Source of the DNA: Planktothrix sp. GU0601_MAG3
GTDB lineage: Bacteria > Cyanobacteriota > Cyanobacteriia > Cyanobacteriales > Microcoleaceae
Direction of reading: 5' to 3'
Length of the DNA stretch: 64,000 bases
Assembly (NCBI GenBank): GCA_035193785.1
Contig: CP136572.1
Coordinates: forward strand, 2,868,578-2,932,577
Shown here piece by piece: positions 1 to 13,324 of the stretch. Positions within the stretch are counted from its first letter, which is position 1; every line of letters starts with the position of its first letter. Made by a program: the position numbers and the translations under genes. The notes under the pieces are model-generated. The model was given only the letters and a program-made list of their open reading frames with translations, was not told where the DNA came from and made no database searches.

Positions 1-287
1 TCTGACCACCCTAAAACCGAACGGCTGGCATTAAATATTATTAAGCGAGTCTGAATAATTTTAAGATATTTTTTTAGTTCAGAATTAAAATATAAAATAG
101 TGCGATCGCTGTATTCGGGATGGAATTCTAGGGATATTTTTTCACCTTGGAAATGCTCATTCTCAAGAGAACGAATCTTTAAGGCGGCATCATACGCTTG
201 ATCTAAAGCCCGTTCCGGTGTAGTACGAAACCATTGATTTGCATTACCAAAGAATTGTTTAAATACATTAGAATCAGCAGCGGCCAT
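1..287 (-). CDS. pcxA: Proton extrusion protein PcxA (CemA family), 5' part; runs off the window edge
   Basis: Not in the ORF track. Hand translation from ATG at 287: MAAADSNVFKQFFGNANQWFRTTPERALDQAYDAALKIRSLENEHF..., resembling the cyanobacterial PcxA N-terminus; open to position 1. Confidence 0.8.
   Translation of the reverse strand, partial: MAAADSNVFKQFFGNANQWFRTTPERALDQAYDAALKIRSLENEHFQGEKISLEFHPEYSDRTILYFNSELKKYLKIIQTRLIIFNASRSVLGWS
102..109. repeat. HIP1 octamer GCGATCGC (example; many copies across the window)
   Basis: GCGATCGC at 102, 1519, 1681 and many later sites; typical of cyanobacteria. Confidence 0.9.
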
Positions 288-393
288 GGTTTAGACCCCT
301 TAAGAATCAGTGGAATGAATATTAATTAAAGATGTTCTGGTAGAAGATCGGTACAATGTACGGGGTATCTTAACAAATTTTAGACCGATTGCT

Positions 394-2613
394 GTGCTGT
401 CTCCTGCTCTATGGATTACCGGAAGTTCCCAAAGTGGCAAAACCACTCGCCTGATCGAATTATTTTGTGAGTGGACACCCCTACTGGGAACCCTTCCCCA
501 CCCCCCACAACCTCAACGCCAAAAACGCCAACCCGGGTTAAACCCTGAGTCTGTAGCCACTACGACCTTAATTTTTGCCGCCAATGGTGATAACCGCATT
601 GCCCTGGTTAACCGTTTAACCACTACCCCCCAGGGACAATATGCCTTTTATTCCACAACCCCATTGGGATTTTTTCAAGACGAAGTAATTCTGTTTTGGC
701 CCCTATTAGTCGAAAAGTTGGGGTTAAAAGCCCAATTTCCCCTACGCTTACGCCCCGAAACCGAACAGGAACTTGCCCTCCGGCTTTGGAGTCGTGATCT
801 AGAAATCAGTCCCCTCAGACGTCCGGGGATCAGCCTGAACCGCATGGTGCGCCAAATTCTGGATATTCTGCAACTAGCGGCCCTGAGTGCTAACTCAATA
901 GAGGCTATTCCCCAGATTTTAGAAAAGGGATTTCTCCCCACGGGCGACATCGAAACCCCCTATAACTCAATAGGAGAATGGCTGCAACAATGGCGGGACT
1001 GGTGTTTAGACCGGGGGTTACTCACCTATGGGATTATTGCCGATCTCTATGGTCAACATCTCCTGCATCATCCCACCTATCAAAAACACCTACTGCGTCG
1101 ATATCCGGTAGTTTTAGCCGACGACGTGGACGAATACCCCGTCCTGGCCCGTCACTTGTTTGAGTTCTTTCTGGAGCAGGGAAAAATGGCTGCATTTACC
1201 TACAATCCAAATGGGGCTGTGCGTTTGGGGCTAGGGGCTGACCCTATAGCCCTATCGGATTTACAGGGGCGATGTCGTACCGAAACCTTAGACCAACCCA
1301 GGGGTTTAGGGAAACATCTAGCCCAACCGATTATAGAGTTGGTGTTGGAGAATGCCATCGCTATTCCCGACTCCCTCTTGTTTTCCCCTCAGATTCAGTC
1401 AATTCAAACGGTCTCACGAGCCGATTTACTCCGACAAACCGCCGAACAGATTATTGCCGGGGTCAAAACTGGTCAGGTACGGCCCGATGAAATTGCCCTG
1501 ATTGGCCCTGGTTTGGATGCGATCGCCCGTTATACTCTACGGGAAATTCTTAACCATGCAGGAATAGCCGTGGAGTCGATGCAAGAGCAACGTCCCCTAA
1601 TCAGTTCTGCCCTAGTTAGGGGATTATTAACCCTAATGGCACTGGTATATCCAGGTAATGGTCGTTTGGTACATCGAGATGCGATCGCTGAAATGCTGGT
1701 AACACTCAGCCGTTACACCCACCAACTCCCTCTTTCCCCCCCTGCTCCCCCTGTCTCCCCTGCCTCCCATGCCTCCCCCACCTCCCCTGCTCCCCCCGCT
1801 CCCCCTGCTCCCCCTGCCTCCATCGACCCTGTACGCGCTGGATTATTAGCTGATCATTGTTTTGTTCCTGACTTAGAGAATCCTCGGTTACTGGCCGTGA
1901 ATGCTTTTCCCCGTTGGGATCGGTTGGGGTATCAGGCGACGGTCGCCTATAACCAGATTTTGCAATGGCTGGCAGTTCAACGGGAAGACTATCAACAAAA
2001 TTTATTAACGAGTCCAGTAATTTTATTAGATCGGGGAATTCAGCAATTTTTTATGGGCGGTGGGACGAGTCGCACTGCTAACGGGTACACCTTGAGAAAC
2101 GACCAACTATCGGCACTACGGGAGTTGATGGAAACGGCGATCCACTATTGGGAGGTGCAGAATCGTTTACAGGGGAAAACCGACGGGAGCATCTGCGAAC
2201 AGGTGGGCCAGTTTATTCAGTTATTACGACAGGGAGTGATTTCTGCTGACCCCTATCCGGTATCCAGTTTGGGGATTAAACCTCCGGCGGTGACCCTGGG
2301 GACAATTTTTCAATATCGAGCTAGTCGAGCTTCCCATCCTTGGCACTTTTGGCTGGATGTGGGATCTCCCTTGTGGTTGAGTGGAGGAGCAAGTATTCTC
2401 TGGGGAGCGCCTCTGTTTCTTAAGGGACAACCGGAATATCCGGGGACAGAAGAAAATACGAGGTCGGCCGATCTACAACGATTGCACCGTATTATTGTAG
2501 ATTTGTTAAGTCGGGTGAGCGATCGCTTAATTCTCTGTCACAGTGATTTGGCGGTCAATGGTCAAGAACAATTTGGCCCCCTTTTACCTCTTGTTCATGT
2601 AGTAAGCCCTTGA
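394..2613 (+). CDS. Conserved cyanobacterial P-loop protein, degenerate UvrD/SF1 helicase-like
   Basis: 739 aa; Walker A-like GSSQSGKTT and Walker B-like LADDVDEY; in-frame Pro/Ala repeat insertion. Confidence 0.6.
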   Translation: MLSPALWITGSSQSGKTTRLIELFCEWTPLLGTLPHPPQPQRQKRQPGLNPESVATTTLIFAANGDNRIALVNRLTTTPQGQYAFYSTTPLGFFQDEVILFWPLLVEKLGLKAQFPLRLRPETEQELALRLWSRDLEISPLRRPGISLNRMVRQILDILQLAALSANSIEAIPQILEKGFLPTGDIETPYNSIGEWLQQWRDWCLDRGLLTYGIIADLYGQHLLHHPTYQKHLLRRYPVVLADDVDEYPVLARHLFEFFLEQGKMAAFTYNPNGAVRLGLGADPIALSDLQGRCRTETLDQPRGLGKHLAQPIIELVLENAIAIPDSLLFSPQIQSIQTVSRADLLRQTAEQIIAGVKTGQVRPDEIALIGPGLDAIARYTLREILNHAGIAVESMQEQRPLISSALVRGLLTLMALVYPGNGRLVHRDAIAEMLVTLSRYTHQLPLSPPAPPVSPASHASPTSPAPPAPPAPPASIDPVRAGLLADHCFVPDLENPRLLAVNAFPRWDRLGYQATVAYNQILQWLAVQREDYQQNLLTSPVILLDRGIQQFFMGGGTSRTANGYTLRNDQLSALRELMETAIHYWEVQNRLQGKTDGSICEQVGQFIQLLRQGVISADPYPVSSLGIKPPAVTLGTIFQYRASRASHPWHFWLDVGSPLWLSGGASILWGAPLFLKGQPEYPGTEENTRSADLQRLHRIIVDLLSRVSDRLILCHSDLAVNGQEQFGPLLPLVHVVSP

Positions 2614-2892
2614 GGGCTATCTTCAAACCCAGATAATATAGGGAATAGTTTTGACCAAACTTTCAGAGAATTTTCTTTCAAAAAAGCTCCCAGAAAAGGT
2701 AAATTTAACCTTAATTATAATATAAAAAATAGGGTGATTTATGTTGTTTTCAAGATAGGGAAATTAATCCGCTAATTTTATAGCAATTGATGTTAATATC
2801 ATTAGCTATTCTGGGAATACTTTATCTATATCCTAGGTCGGGGTGTCAAAGGTAGATTTATCGCGTGGGTTCATTAAAGAGGAGATTAAAAA

Positions 2893-5800
2893 ATGACAAG
2901 TGCATTAATTAATACCGTTAGGGCTAGAGTCATTAACACCGAGGAAGTTATATTAATATTTCCGACAGAACTTCCAGGTGTATTTCAAAGTTTCAGTGGG
3001 CTAGTGGGGGAAACCCTTCCTGGTGCTAACGGAGCCGTCATTTTTGTGCCTCAAAATTCCCCAGCACCCACCCCGACCACAGCCCCAACCACTCCTCCGA
3101 CCCCGACCACGGCCCCAACCACTCCTCCCACCCCAACCACAGCCCCAACGACTCCTCCGACCCCGACCCCTTCTGGTAGTAATGGCGGGACAAATCCAGC
3201 CCCAATTGCCAATAATGATTTTTTTCAGACAAATTTAGGACAGGCGACATTTTTTAATGTTCTGGAAAACGATACAGTTCAGGGTGGAAGTGGCACCAGT
3301 ATCACCGTCAATCAGTTTAGTTCAACATCAAACGGAACCCTAGTATTTAATGGGGGAGGAATTTTTACCTACACTCCCGACCCCAAATTCTTTGGGACAG
3401 ATAGTTTTAGTTATACCATTACCAATGGAACTGCCCCGGCTCAAGTTTTTATTCAAGTGGTGGCGGGTAATCAACCTATTATTATTGAAGGTATTGGTAA
3501 AGGCACAGAAACCAGCGACTATATTACAGGTTTCCTCCGGCAATGATGTGATTAATGGTTTAGCTGGAGATGATACCATCTTTGGTTTAGCGGGAAATGA
3601 CGAACTCAGAGGGGATGAAGGCGATGATACCCTCTACGGAAATGAAGGCAATGATACCCTGACCGGAGGTGAGGGTAACGATGAACTCAATGGCGGTAAG
3701 GATAATGATGTCCTCGATGCCAGTGCTGGAGACGATACCGTCGGTGGACAACTGGGTAATGATACCGTTATTGGCGGTTTAGGCAATGATAGCCTTTATG
3801 GAGGCCAAGGAGCAGATAGTGTTCGGGGCGCGGAAGGCAATGATCTGGTTTTTGGGGATAAAGGTAGTGATGTGCTTTGGGGCGATGCCGGTAACGATAC
3901 CGTCTATGGCGGTGGAGAAGAAGACCTGATTTTTGGCAATGATGGCACTGATAGCCTCTATGGAAACCAAGGAAACGATACGATTTTTGGCGGTATTGGT
4001 AACGATGTAGTATTTGCGGGTGAAGGGGATGACCAAATTTCCGGGGAAACCGGGGATGACTTCCTGTTTGGGGGTCTAGGTGTCGATACCCTGACCGGAG
4101 GCTCGGGAAATGATATCTTTGTGATGACTGACGAAAGTGGCGGTGCGAATTTAGGAGATGCTCAAGTTGTTAATGATTTTGAACCAGGCGATCGCATTGG
4201 TTTAGCCGGAGGTTTACAATTTAGTGATTTATCTATTAGCCAAAGTAGTGAAAACGCAGGCGATACTATTATTAGAAACGGCAGTGCTGGAGATTATATT
4301 GCAGTTTTAATTGGTGTGGATAGTAACACCATTACCGCAGATAGTTTTACTCCAATTTCCGGTACTATTATTCCGATTCCAGTCCCAACACCGACAACTC
4401 CCCAACCACCCACAACTCCCCAACCACCGACAACCCCCCAACCACCCACAACTCCCCAACCACCCACAACTCCCCAACCACCCACAACTCCACCAACACC
4501 CACAACTCCCCAACCACCCACAACTCCACCAACACCCACAACCCCCCAACCACCCACAACTCCACCAACACCCACAACTCCCCCCCTACAGCCACCCATC
4601 GCCCAAAATGATGCCGTAAAACGGCCTCCCGAGGGTTCGGTGACATTTAACGTACTCACTAATGATACTGACCCCCAGGGTAGTCAACTTACCTTAGTGA
4701 GTGTAGGAACCATCGCCAATGGCAGTGCATCGATTACGGCTGGGGGAAATATTACCTTCACACCTAACCCGGGCTTTACAGGGCCATCAACCTTTCCCTA
4801 TACCATTCAAAACAGTTATGGCTTAACATCCACAGCCCAAGTGATCATTACTGTTAATATTCCCCCGACATTATTAGTCAATAATGGAATTATTGTTTTA
4901 CAAAATGATCAAAAAAATATTACCCCCGTCAATCTGTTTGCAGTAGACCCGGATAACCCCCCAAATGAAATCTTCTACCGTATTACCCAAGAACCCAACT
5001 TAGGGAATCTACAAATTGTCGGATCTACACCCCAACGAATTAATACCGGGGGTAGCTTTACTCAACAAAATATTGATACGGGTTCGATTCAATTTAATGC
5101 GCGGAATACATCAGGAGGAGACCAATTTTTGTTTCTTCTAACTGATAATATTGGGACGACTGCCCAAAATTCTTTTAGTATCACCATTGTCGATGACATC
5201 ATCACGGGTACGGAAGGAAATGATTTGATTATCGGTAGTGGTTTGAGTGAAAATATCAGGGGATTTGCTGGGGATGATACCCTCTTGGGTGAAGGGAATC
5301 GAGATATTATCGAAGGGGGGACGGGAAATGATTCCATTGAAGGGGGAGAAGGAAATGATGTCCTTCAAGGAGAAGAAGGAAATGATACCCTCCTCGGTCA
5401 AATTGGCAATGATTCCATCTTTGGCGGTCAGGGCAATGATTCTCTCGATGGCGGTGCCGGTCGCAATACCCTGTTAGGGGAAGATGGAAATGATACCCTA
5501 ATTGCCGGAGATGATAGTAATTTAATTTCCGGTGGTAATAATGATGACATTCTGATTAGTGGCATTGGGAAACGATACCCTGTTAGGGGGAAGTGGTAAT
5601 GATTCTCTGACCGGGAATGCCGGAGATGATTCCCTCTATGGAGAAGATGGAGATGACCTAATCTTTGCTGGAGTCGGTCGAGACTTAGTTCTCGGTGGCC
5701 CGGGTAACGATACCATCGATGCCGGAGAAAGCAATGATACCGTCTTTGGGGGAAGTGGGAATGATTCCATTATCGGCGGTGATGGGGACGATATCCTGAG

Positions 5801-6524
5801 TGCTGGTGATGGTGCAGATACGATTTTATCAGGGACTGGAGATGATTCCATCTTTGGTGATGCCGGAAATGACTCAATTGTGGCGGATCTTGGGGACGAT
5901 AGTGTTTTTGCTGGAGATGGCTTGGATACGGTGTTTGGAGGAATTGGCAATGATTTAGTCTTTGGCGATGAGGGCAATGATACCCTGTTTGGCGGTGAAA
6001 GTGATGATACCTTGGCTGGGGGCGGCGGTGCGGATAGTTTAATTGGAAATGTGGGGAATAATTCCTACTATTATTTAGCCCCCACCGAAGGTGTTGATGT
6101 GATCACCGAATTTAATGTTAATGGGGATGATCGATTCCTGTTTAGTTCTTTAGGTTTCCCTGGTTTCACCACCGCAGAAGGAACAGTGGTTCCCTTACAG
6201 GGGATTATTGTTTCTAATCTGGGTTCGGAGGGAGATAATATTAGTAATAAACAGGTGATCATTTTCCAAGATACTTTTGATAATGTTCAAGCGGTGAATG
6301 CTGCCTTGAAAAATCAAAATGGATCGAGTGATACTGCCGCTTTCTTTGTCTATCGGAATAACTTGTCCTACGCTGCTTTTCCGGGTGCTTATATTGTTGG
6401 GTATGATCCGAATTTAAGTGATGATAGTCTCCCGGCGTTTGATTTAGGGATTTTACCCTCTATCGATCCACAAACAAATAATATTAGTACCTTAATTGGG
6501 CCTAGTGATTTTGTAATTATCTAG
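2893..6524 (+). CDS. RTX (hemolysin-type Ca-binding) surface protein with Pro/Thr linkers and Ig/cadherin-like domains, ~1209 aa after repairing 2 frameshifts
   Basis: ORFs 2893-3546, 3350-5599 and 5559-6524 join by removing one base at GTTTC 3530 and GAAAC 5569; many GGxGNDxL nonapeptides; RBS GAGGAG upstream. Confidence 0.85.
4378..4585 (+). repeat. Coding tandem repeat giving PTTPQP/PTTPPT linker
   Basis: Repeats of CCACCCACAACTCCCCAA-type units; a similar tract lies at about 3062-3170. Confidence 0.9.
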
Positions 6525-6531
6525 GCGTTTC

Positions 6532-6581
6532 GTAGTAAGCCCTTCAGGGCTATCTGAAGACAGCCCTGAAGGGCTTACTAC
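6532..6581. repeat. GTAG-type REP-like inverted doublet
   Basis: GTAGTAAGCCCTTCAGGGCT (6532-6551) and its exact reverse complement (6562-6581); a near-identical single copy at 2599-2618. Confidence 0.8.
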
Positions 6582-6626
6582 AAATTTAATATTCGATATC
6601 CCTATTTCCAGCAAAGGATTCTGATT

Positions 6627-9600
6627 ATGACAAGTTCTATTATCAATACAATTCCGGCAACTTTAGCATTAAGAATTACTCCAGGTAATAGCCTGTACAA
6701 TACGGGAAATTCTATATTAATTTATTCATCGGAAAATTCAGGAAGATTTGAAACTTTTCCCGCAGATGTTCAGTCTTTTGTTCCCCTTTCTAATGGCGTA
6801 GGAACCACCTTACCCGGTGCAACTGGAGGGGTAATCTTTGTACCCAGTGAACCTATTGTAGAAGCGATATCTATTGAAACTAATACACCTGTTTATTTAG
6901 CTGAAACAGAAACTGGTCAATTTCAAACCCTAAATGGTCAAACAACCGGAACTATTCAAACCGGGCCAGCCGGAAGTTTGATTTTTACTCCCGATGGGTT
7001 TAGCCCGGAAACCCCTGCACCCACAGCCACACCCAGTCCCACAGCTACACCCAGTCCCACGGCTACACCCAGTCCCACGGCTACACCCAGTCCCACGGCT
7101 ACACCCAGTCCCACGGCTACACCCAGTCCCACGCCTAACCCTAGTCCCACGCCTAACCCTAGTCCCACACCTAACCCTAGTCCCACACCTACCCCTAGTC
7201 CCGAATCCAAACCGATTCAAATTCAAGGTGCGGGGACAGGGACAAAAGGAGATGACACCATTATTGGTAGTAGTCAAAATGACACGATTTCTGGATTAGA
7301 GGGGAATGACAGCATCTTTGGATTAGCAGGGAATGACCTCCTCCAAGGAGATGATGGAAATGATCAAATTAATGGGAATGAAGGAAATGATGCCGTTATT
7401 GGAGGCGCCGGGGATGATTGTCTCCGGGGAGGACAAGGCAATGATTTGAGCTCTGGTGACGGCGGGAATGATATGGCTTTTGGGGATAGAGATAATGATA
7501 CATTGAATGGTGGAGCCGGGGCTGATACGCTGTATGGCGGCCAAGGCAATGATATTATCCGAGGCGGGGGAGAAGATGACTTTCTCTATGGGGATAAAGG
7601 CAATGATACGGTATCGGGCGATGCCGGGAAACGATGCGGTCTTTGGTGGGGATGGAGACGATATTTTATATGGTAATTCCGGTCAGGACTTCCTGAATGG
7701 GGGGGCTGGAAATGATCAACTTTTTGGCGGCGGAGATGATGATAGTTTAGTAGGTGGCCAAGGAGCAGATATCCTCTACGGAGATTTAGGAAATGATACC
7801 CTTTCCGGCGGGGATGATAATGATCAACTGTTTGGCAATGGGGGGGATGATGTTCTCAATGGAGATAATGGGGCTGATAATTTATATGGAGGTGCCGGGG
7901 AAGATATTCTCAATGGCGGGAAAGGTCGAGATCTCCTTTCCGGTGATGCTGGGAATGATTTATTAGCCGGAGAATCTGGGATAGATACCCTCACGGGGGG
8001 CGCGGGAGAGGATATTTTTGTTCTTGGTTATGTGGTGACTCAAGCACCTAATGGTGGTAGCTTTATTACCGGAACCACAGGTGGCACCAGTGTTGATTTA
8101 GCTGATATTGTTACGGATTTTACAACAAACGATAGGATTGGGCTATCTGGAGGACTTACTTTTCAAGATCTGGAAATTTCCCAAGGTCAAGCCTCTAATG
8201 CCAGTAATACCATTATCAGAGATAAGACTACGGGTGAATTTTTGGCGGTGTTACAGGGTGTTAATGCCAGTGTCCTAACAGAAGATAGTTTTGTGCTTGA
8301 CCCCAATGTTCCCCTTCCCCCCACAACCCCACCCACTACTCCACCCACAACCCCACCAACTACCGCACCCACAACCCCACCAACTACCGCACCCACCACC
8401 CCACCAACTACCGCACCCACCACCCCACCAACTACCGCACCCACAACTCCACCAACTACCGCACCCACAACTCCACCAACTACCGCACCCACAACTCCAC
8501 CAACTACCGCACCCACAACTCCACCAACTACCGCACCCACAACTCCACCAACTACCGCACCCACAACTCCACCAACTACCGCACCCACCACCCCACCAAC
8601 TACCGCACCCACCACCCCACCACCACCAACTCCCTCCCAACCCACACGTCCCCCAGTGGAGCCGCCGACTCCACAAATTTTAGCGATGGAGAATGATACG
8701 GTATCGGGTTTACAGAATAATTTGTTGGAGATTCCCGATAGTAACATCATTAGTAATGACACCGGGGTGGGACTACTCACGATCACCGAAATCACTCAAC
8801 CCCTGAATGGGCAAGCCAGCCTGAATCGAAATGTGAGATCAATTACTTATATTCCTGATAAAAACTTTTCCGGTTTTGATAGTTTTGAATATAAAATTCG
8901 AGATGATAACGGAGCAACCGGAACGGCAACGGTTACGGTGAATGTAGTTTCGGTTAATGATCCTCCTGTTTTGGATCTCAGTAGTTCCCAACCAGGGAAT
9001 AATTACAGTACGGTTTTTGTTGAAGGTACAACTCCGGTGGCGATTACTGGAAGTGTCAGTATTATTGATGCCGATGATACGGAATTGACCTCCGCCACGA
9101 TTACTTTAACCAATATTCCCGATGGTGAAACTGAAGGGTTATCTATCCTAGGAACCTTGCCCAGTGGGATTACAGCCGGAGCCTATGACCCAGCAACCGG
9201 AATTATTCTCCTAACTGGAACTGCCCCAATTGTCAGTTATGAAACGGCACTTTCTCAGGTGGTTTATAGCAACAGTTCCCAAAATCCCAGCACTCAAAAT
9301 CGGGTAATTGATGTGGTGGTTAGCGATCGCCAAGATAATAGTAATATTCCGACTAGCACAATTACAGTGGATGCAGTTAATGATCCTCCTGTAAATACGG
9401 TTCCCGGGTCGCAAGCCGCCAACGGGAACGAACCCATTGTATTTAGTCAGGCGGACGGGAATCAAATTTCTATTAGTGATCCCGATGCTGGCGTTAATCC
9501 TGTACAGGTTACTTTAACCGCTAGTGCCGGAAACCCTAACCCTGGGAACAACCCCGGATAATGTCACAATTTCTGGGGATGGTACAACAAATATTTCCTT

Positions 9601-12600
9601 AGTTGGTCAAGTTGATAATATTAATACGGCTCTCAACGGTTTAACCTTTACCCCACCCGCACCCTTTACCACCTCAGCAACCCTGCAAGTGGTAACAACG
9701 GATCAAGGAAATACGGGCAGTGGTGGCCCGCAACAAACGGCGAGTACGATTACGATTAATCAACCCAACCAGCCACCGAATGCGGTGAATGACAGTGTGG
9801 TGGGGACACAAAACCTACTCTTGACGATCGCCTCCTCAACCCTACTGGCCAATGATAGCGATCCCGATAATGACCCGTTGACGATTACTCAAGTAAGTGA
9901 TCCGATTAATGGGACAGTGACTTTAAATAATAGTAATATTCTATTTACTCCCGCCCCTAACTATACGGGGCCAGCGAGTTTCCTCTATACTATTAGTGAC
10001 GGGAATAGCGGCACCAGTAGCGCGACGGTGAATGTGACGGTTAATCCTAACCAACCCCCTACCCTGGACTTGGATGGAAGTCAAGCGGGAAATAATACTC
10101 AAGTAACCTTTGAGGAGGGGCAGCCGGCCATTGCGATCGCCAATGCCACTAATATTGTGATTACCGATCCTGACAATACCACCGCCGAGTCAGCTACCCT
10201 GACTTTAACCAACCCCCTAAATGGCAGTGCGGAAAATTTATCGGTTAATGGTGTGTTACCTGCGGGGATTACAGCCAGTAGTTATAACAGCACCACGGGT
10301 GTTTTAATCCTAACCGGAAATGCTGCGATTAGTGCTTATCAAACGGCGATCGGACAAATTATTTATGATAATACGGCTAATCCTCCTAATACCGCCACCC
10401 GCACAGTCGAGGTTGAGATCAATGATGGAACCAATAATAGTAATACCGCAGCTAGTACCATTACGGTGTTGGCTTCAAATCAGCCTCCGGTGGCGGTTCC
10501 CGACGGCCCAATTTTTGCCAACAATAGCATCCAATTCCCGATTTCTCCCCTAGATAATGATACTGACCCCGATGGAGATATTCTGACCTTGACCTCGGTG
10601 GATAATCCCCCCACAGCCCAAGGGTTAGTAACTCAAGCGGGTTTCCCTAGTTCAGTACACCCGTTTAGGAACTGCAACTGGGTTGGATAGTTTCAACTAC
10701 AGCATCAGCGATGGTCAAGGCGGAACGGCTACGGCCAATATTACCATTAACCTCTTACCCGTTGCCGATGATAACCCTAACTCAGTAAACGGAGGTAGTT
10801 TTGGCGATAACCTCAATGGTTTGGGCGGAAATGATACCCTCAGCGGTCTGGATGGGAAGGATTCCCTCCGAGGAGATGCGGGGAATGATCTACTCCTGGG
10901 GGGAAGTGGAACGGACTTGTTACAGGGGGGAATTGGAGAAGATACCCTCAACGGAGGTTTAGCCACCGATAACATGACGGGAAATGCCGGAAATGACCAA
11001 TTTCGCTATGATAGCGCGAATGACGGTGGCGGGTCTGGGTTTAATGCAGGTTCTAATACTGAGGTTAAGTCCCAAATTGGCAGTAATTTATATGATACAA
11101 TTACCGATTTTGAAGGGTTAGGGGCTCCGGTTGGAGATCGAATTAGTTTTGCCACAACGGTAATTGCTTCTTTTGCGAGTATTGGAACAGCCGTACAAAC
11201 TAATATTACAGGGGACGTGATTCCGGGTACAAATCCGGGTCTATTTGCCTTTAATGATGGTAGTAGCACTTACCTAATTTACGATGGAAATGGGGATAAT
11301 ACCACGGGAAATGATTCTCGAATTTTGGCTAAATTAGATAATGTGAATGGGGTTACAACCCTTGATGTAAATGATTTTGCTGGAATTGCTGGACTGAATC
11401 GTCCTCCGATTGTTGCTGGGAATACAACGGTTAATATTAATGAAGATGTAATCACTAATTTGGGGATTGTGGCCCCGATTGATCCCGATAATGATCCGTT
11501 AATTATTACGGTGAATAGTATTCCCGATAGCAATAAGGGAACCGTCAGAATTACGGGTCAAACTAACTCGATTATTATTGGTCAAACCCTAACCAGTGCC
11601 GAAATTAGTCAGTTAGAATTTGTTCCCAAACCCAATATTAGCGGGGCGGCGGGGGTATTTCTCTATAGTGTCAGTGATGGTCAAAATCCGGCGGTGAGTC
11701 AAACTATAACTATTAGTATCACAGAGATTAATGATCTTCCGATCGCCGTTAACGACGGCCCAATTTTTACTAATAATAGTATCCAATTCGCCATTTCTCC
11801 CTTAGATAATGATAGTGACCCCGATGGCGGGGTTCTGACCTTGACCTCGGTTGATAATCCGGCGACCGCCCAGGGTTTGGTCACTCAAGCGGGTTTCCTT
11901 AGTTCAGTACACCCGTTTGGGAAATGCGACCGGGCCAGATAGTTTCAACTATATTATTAGTGATGGTCAAGGGGGAACGGCCGCGGCTAATATTACGATT
12001 AACCTCTTACCCGTTGCTGATAATAACCCCAACTCATTCACCGGAGGGAGTTTGAGCGATAACCTCAATGGTCTGGATGGCAATGATACCCTGAGCGGTC
12101 TGAATGGCAATGATACCCTGCGAGGGGATGCTGGGAATGATAGTTTATCGGGAGGAAGTGGAAACGATCTGTTACAGGGTGGAATTGGCAACGATACACT
12201 TCAGGGCGGTTTAGGACGGGATAGTTTGAGTGGTAGTCTTGGGGAAAAAGACCTGTTTATTTATACGGACTCCCTAGATGGGGGCGGTGTCGGGTTTAAT
12301 GCGGTGGGAACGGTAATTAATGCTCAAATTGGCAGTGGTTTCTATGATTCTATTAACAATTTTGAGGGTTTCGGTCAGGTTGGGGGCGATCAAATTGGTT
12401 TATCCACCAGTTTAATTGCGGGTACTGCTAATATTCTGCTGACGGTACAAACCAATCTTTCAACTAATGTTTTATCGGGAAATAGTCCTGGTATATTTGC
12501 CTTTGATAGTGGTAAGGATACCTACTTAATTTATGATGGCAATGGCAATAATTTAACCGGGAATGATTCTCGAATTCTGGCTAAGTTAGAGGGCGTTACG

Positions 12601-12642
12601 GGCATCACAACCCTAAATCCTGACGATGTAATCCTGTTCTAA
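6627..12642 (+). CDS. Large RTX adhesin-like protein with Pro/Thr linkers, Ig/cadherin-like repeats and a duplicated C-terminal module, ~2003 aa after repairing 4 frameshifts
   Basis: Five ORF pieces join by removing one base at 7628, 9530, 10641 and 11893; RTX nonapeptides; VNDPP/NDSDPD Ig-like motifs. Confidence 0.85.
7012..7203 (+). repeat. 18-bp coding tandem repeat ([12 protein letters not shown])
   Basis: CCCACGGCTACACCCAGT and CCCACGCCTAACCCTAGT units. Confidence 0.9.
8316..8640 (+). repeat. 24-bp coding tandem repeat (PTTAPTTP)
   Basis: About 11 copies of CCAACTACCGCACCCACAACTCCA-type units. Confidence 0.9.
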
Positions 12643-12654
12643 ATATCCTTCCCT

Positions 12655-12700
12655 GTAGAGACGAGCCACGGCGCGTCTCTGCTCTACGGCTCGTCTCTAC
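12655..12700. repeat. GTAG-type REP-like palindrome between convergent genes
   Basis: GTAGAGACGAGCC (12655-12667) and GGCTCGTCTCTAC (12688-12700). Confidence 0.75.
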
Positions 12701-12715
12701 GGGGGGGTTTTAAAA

Positions 12716-13324
12716 CTACTGATTGGGTGTATTCAGTTTCAAATCAACAGAATTTTCCTGCTCTAATTTCACAACATTTTCAGGAGGAGTTAAACAGGTT
12801 TTCAATAGTTGATCAACGCCTAAATTTGTACTAGCTTCGTTCATCCCCACAACGCAATTAGAAAACGTTTCAGGTAATATACTCCGACGACAACTATCAA
12901 GAACATTGAACGGATCAGATGAGCTAGTATTCAAGCTAATATTAACTACACAATTGGCTAATTCATCGGGACGGCGTACCTGTAGACAACCGGATAATAT
13001 TTGTTCTACGGGTAGGGCTGCCACATTTCTCTGCATTTGGGTGACACAATATCCCATATTCCTCGGCCGTGATGCCATTCCACAGCCTTGTGTTGCCAAC
13101 TCCACCGATAGCCCGGCCGCCACTAACTGTTGGGTGCAGTTTCTATAGTCCTGTCGGCGAATTAAGACAAAGGAAGGAAACGCCTCAGCCGGAGTCAGGG
13201 GGACAAATAGGGGGAATAAACTCACCGTCGCCACCAATGATAACCAACGCCGATGTCGGGATAGGCGGGTCGAAAGTGTTTGTTTCAATTCAGAAAACAT
13301 CACAATAGAAGGATTCATAACCAT
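12716..13324 (-). CDS. Secreted cysteine-rich repeat protein, function unknown
   Basis: Signal-peptide-like N-terminus (...PAEA); three repeats of C-x(3)-R/I-x-P-x(5)-CV. Confidence 0.7.
   Translation of the reverse strand: MVMNPSIVMFSELKQTLSTRLSRHRRWLSLVATVSLFPLFVPLTPAEAFPSFVLIRRQDYRNCTQQLVAAGLSVELATQGCGMASRPRNMGYCVTQMQRNVAALPVEQILSGCLQVRRPDELANCVVNISLNTSSSDPFNVLDSCRRSILPETFSNCVVGMNEASTNLGVDQLLKTCLTPPENVVKLEQENSVDLKLNTPNQ

Noticed and set aside
4294..8795. Antisense and alternate-frame Gly/Val/Trp- or His/Pro-rich ORFs
   Set aside because: Shadows of the Pro/Thr tandem repeats in the RTX genes.
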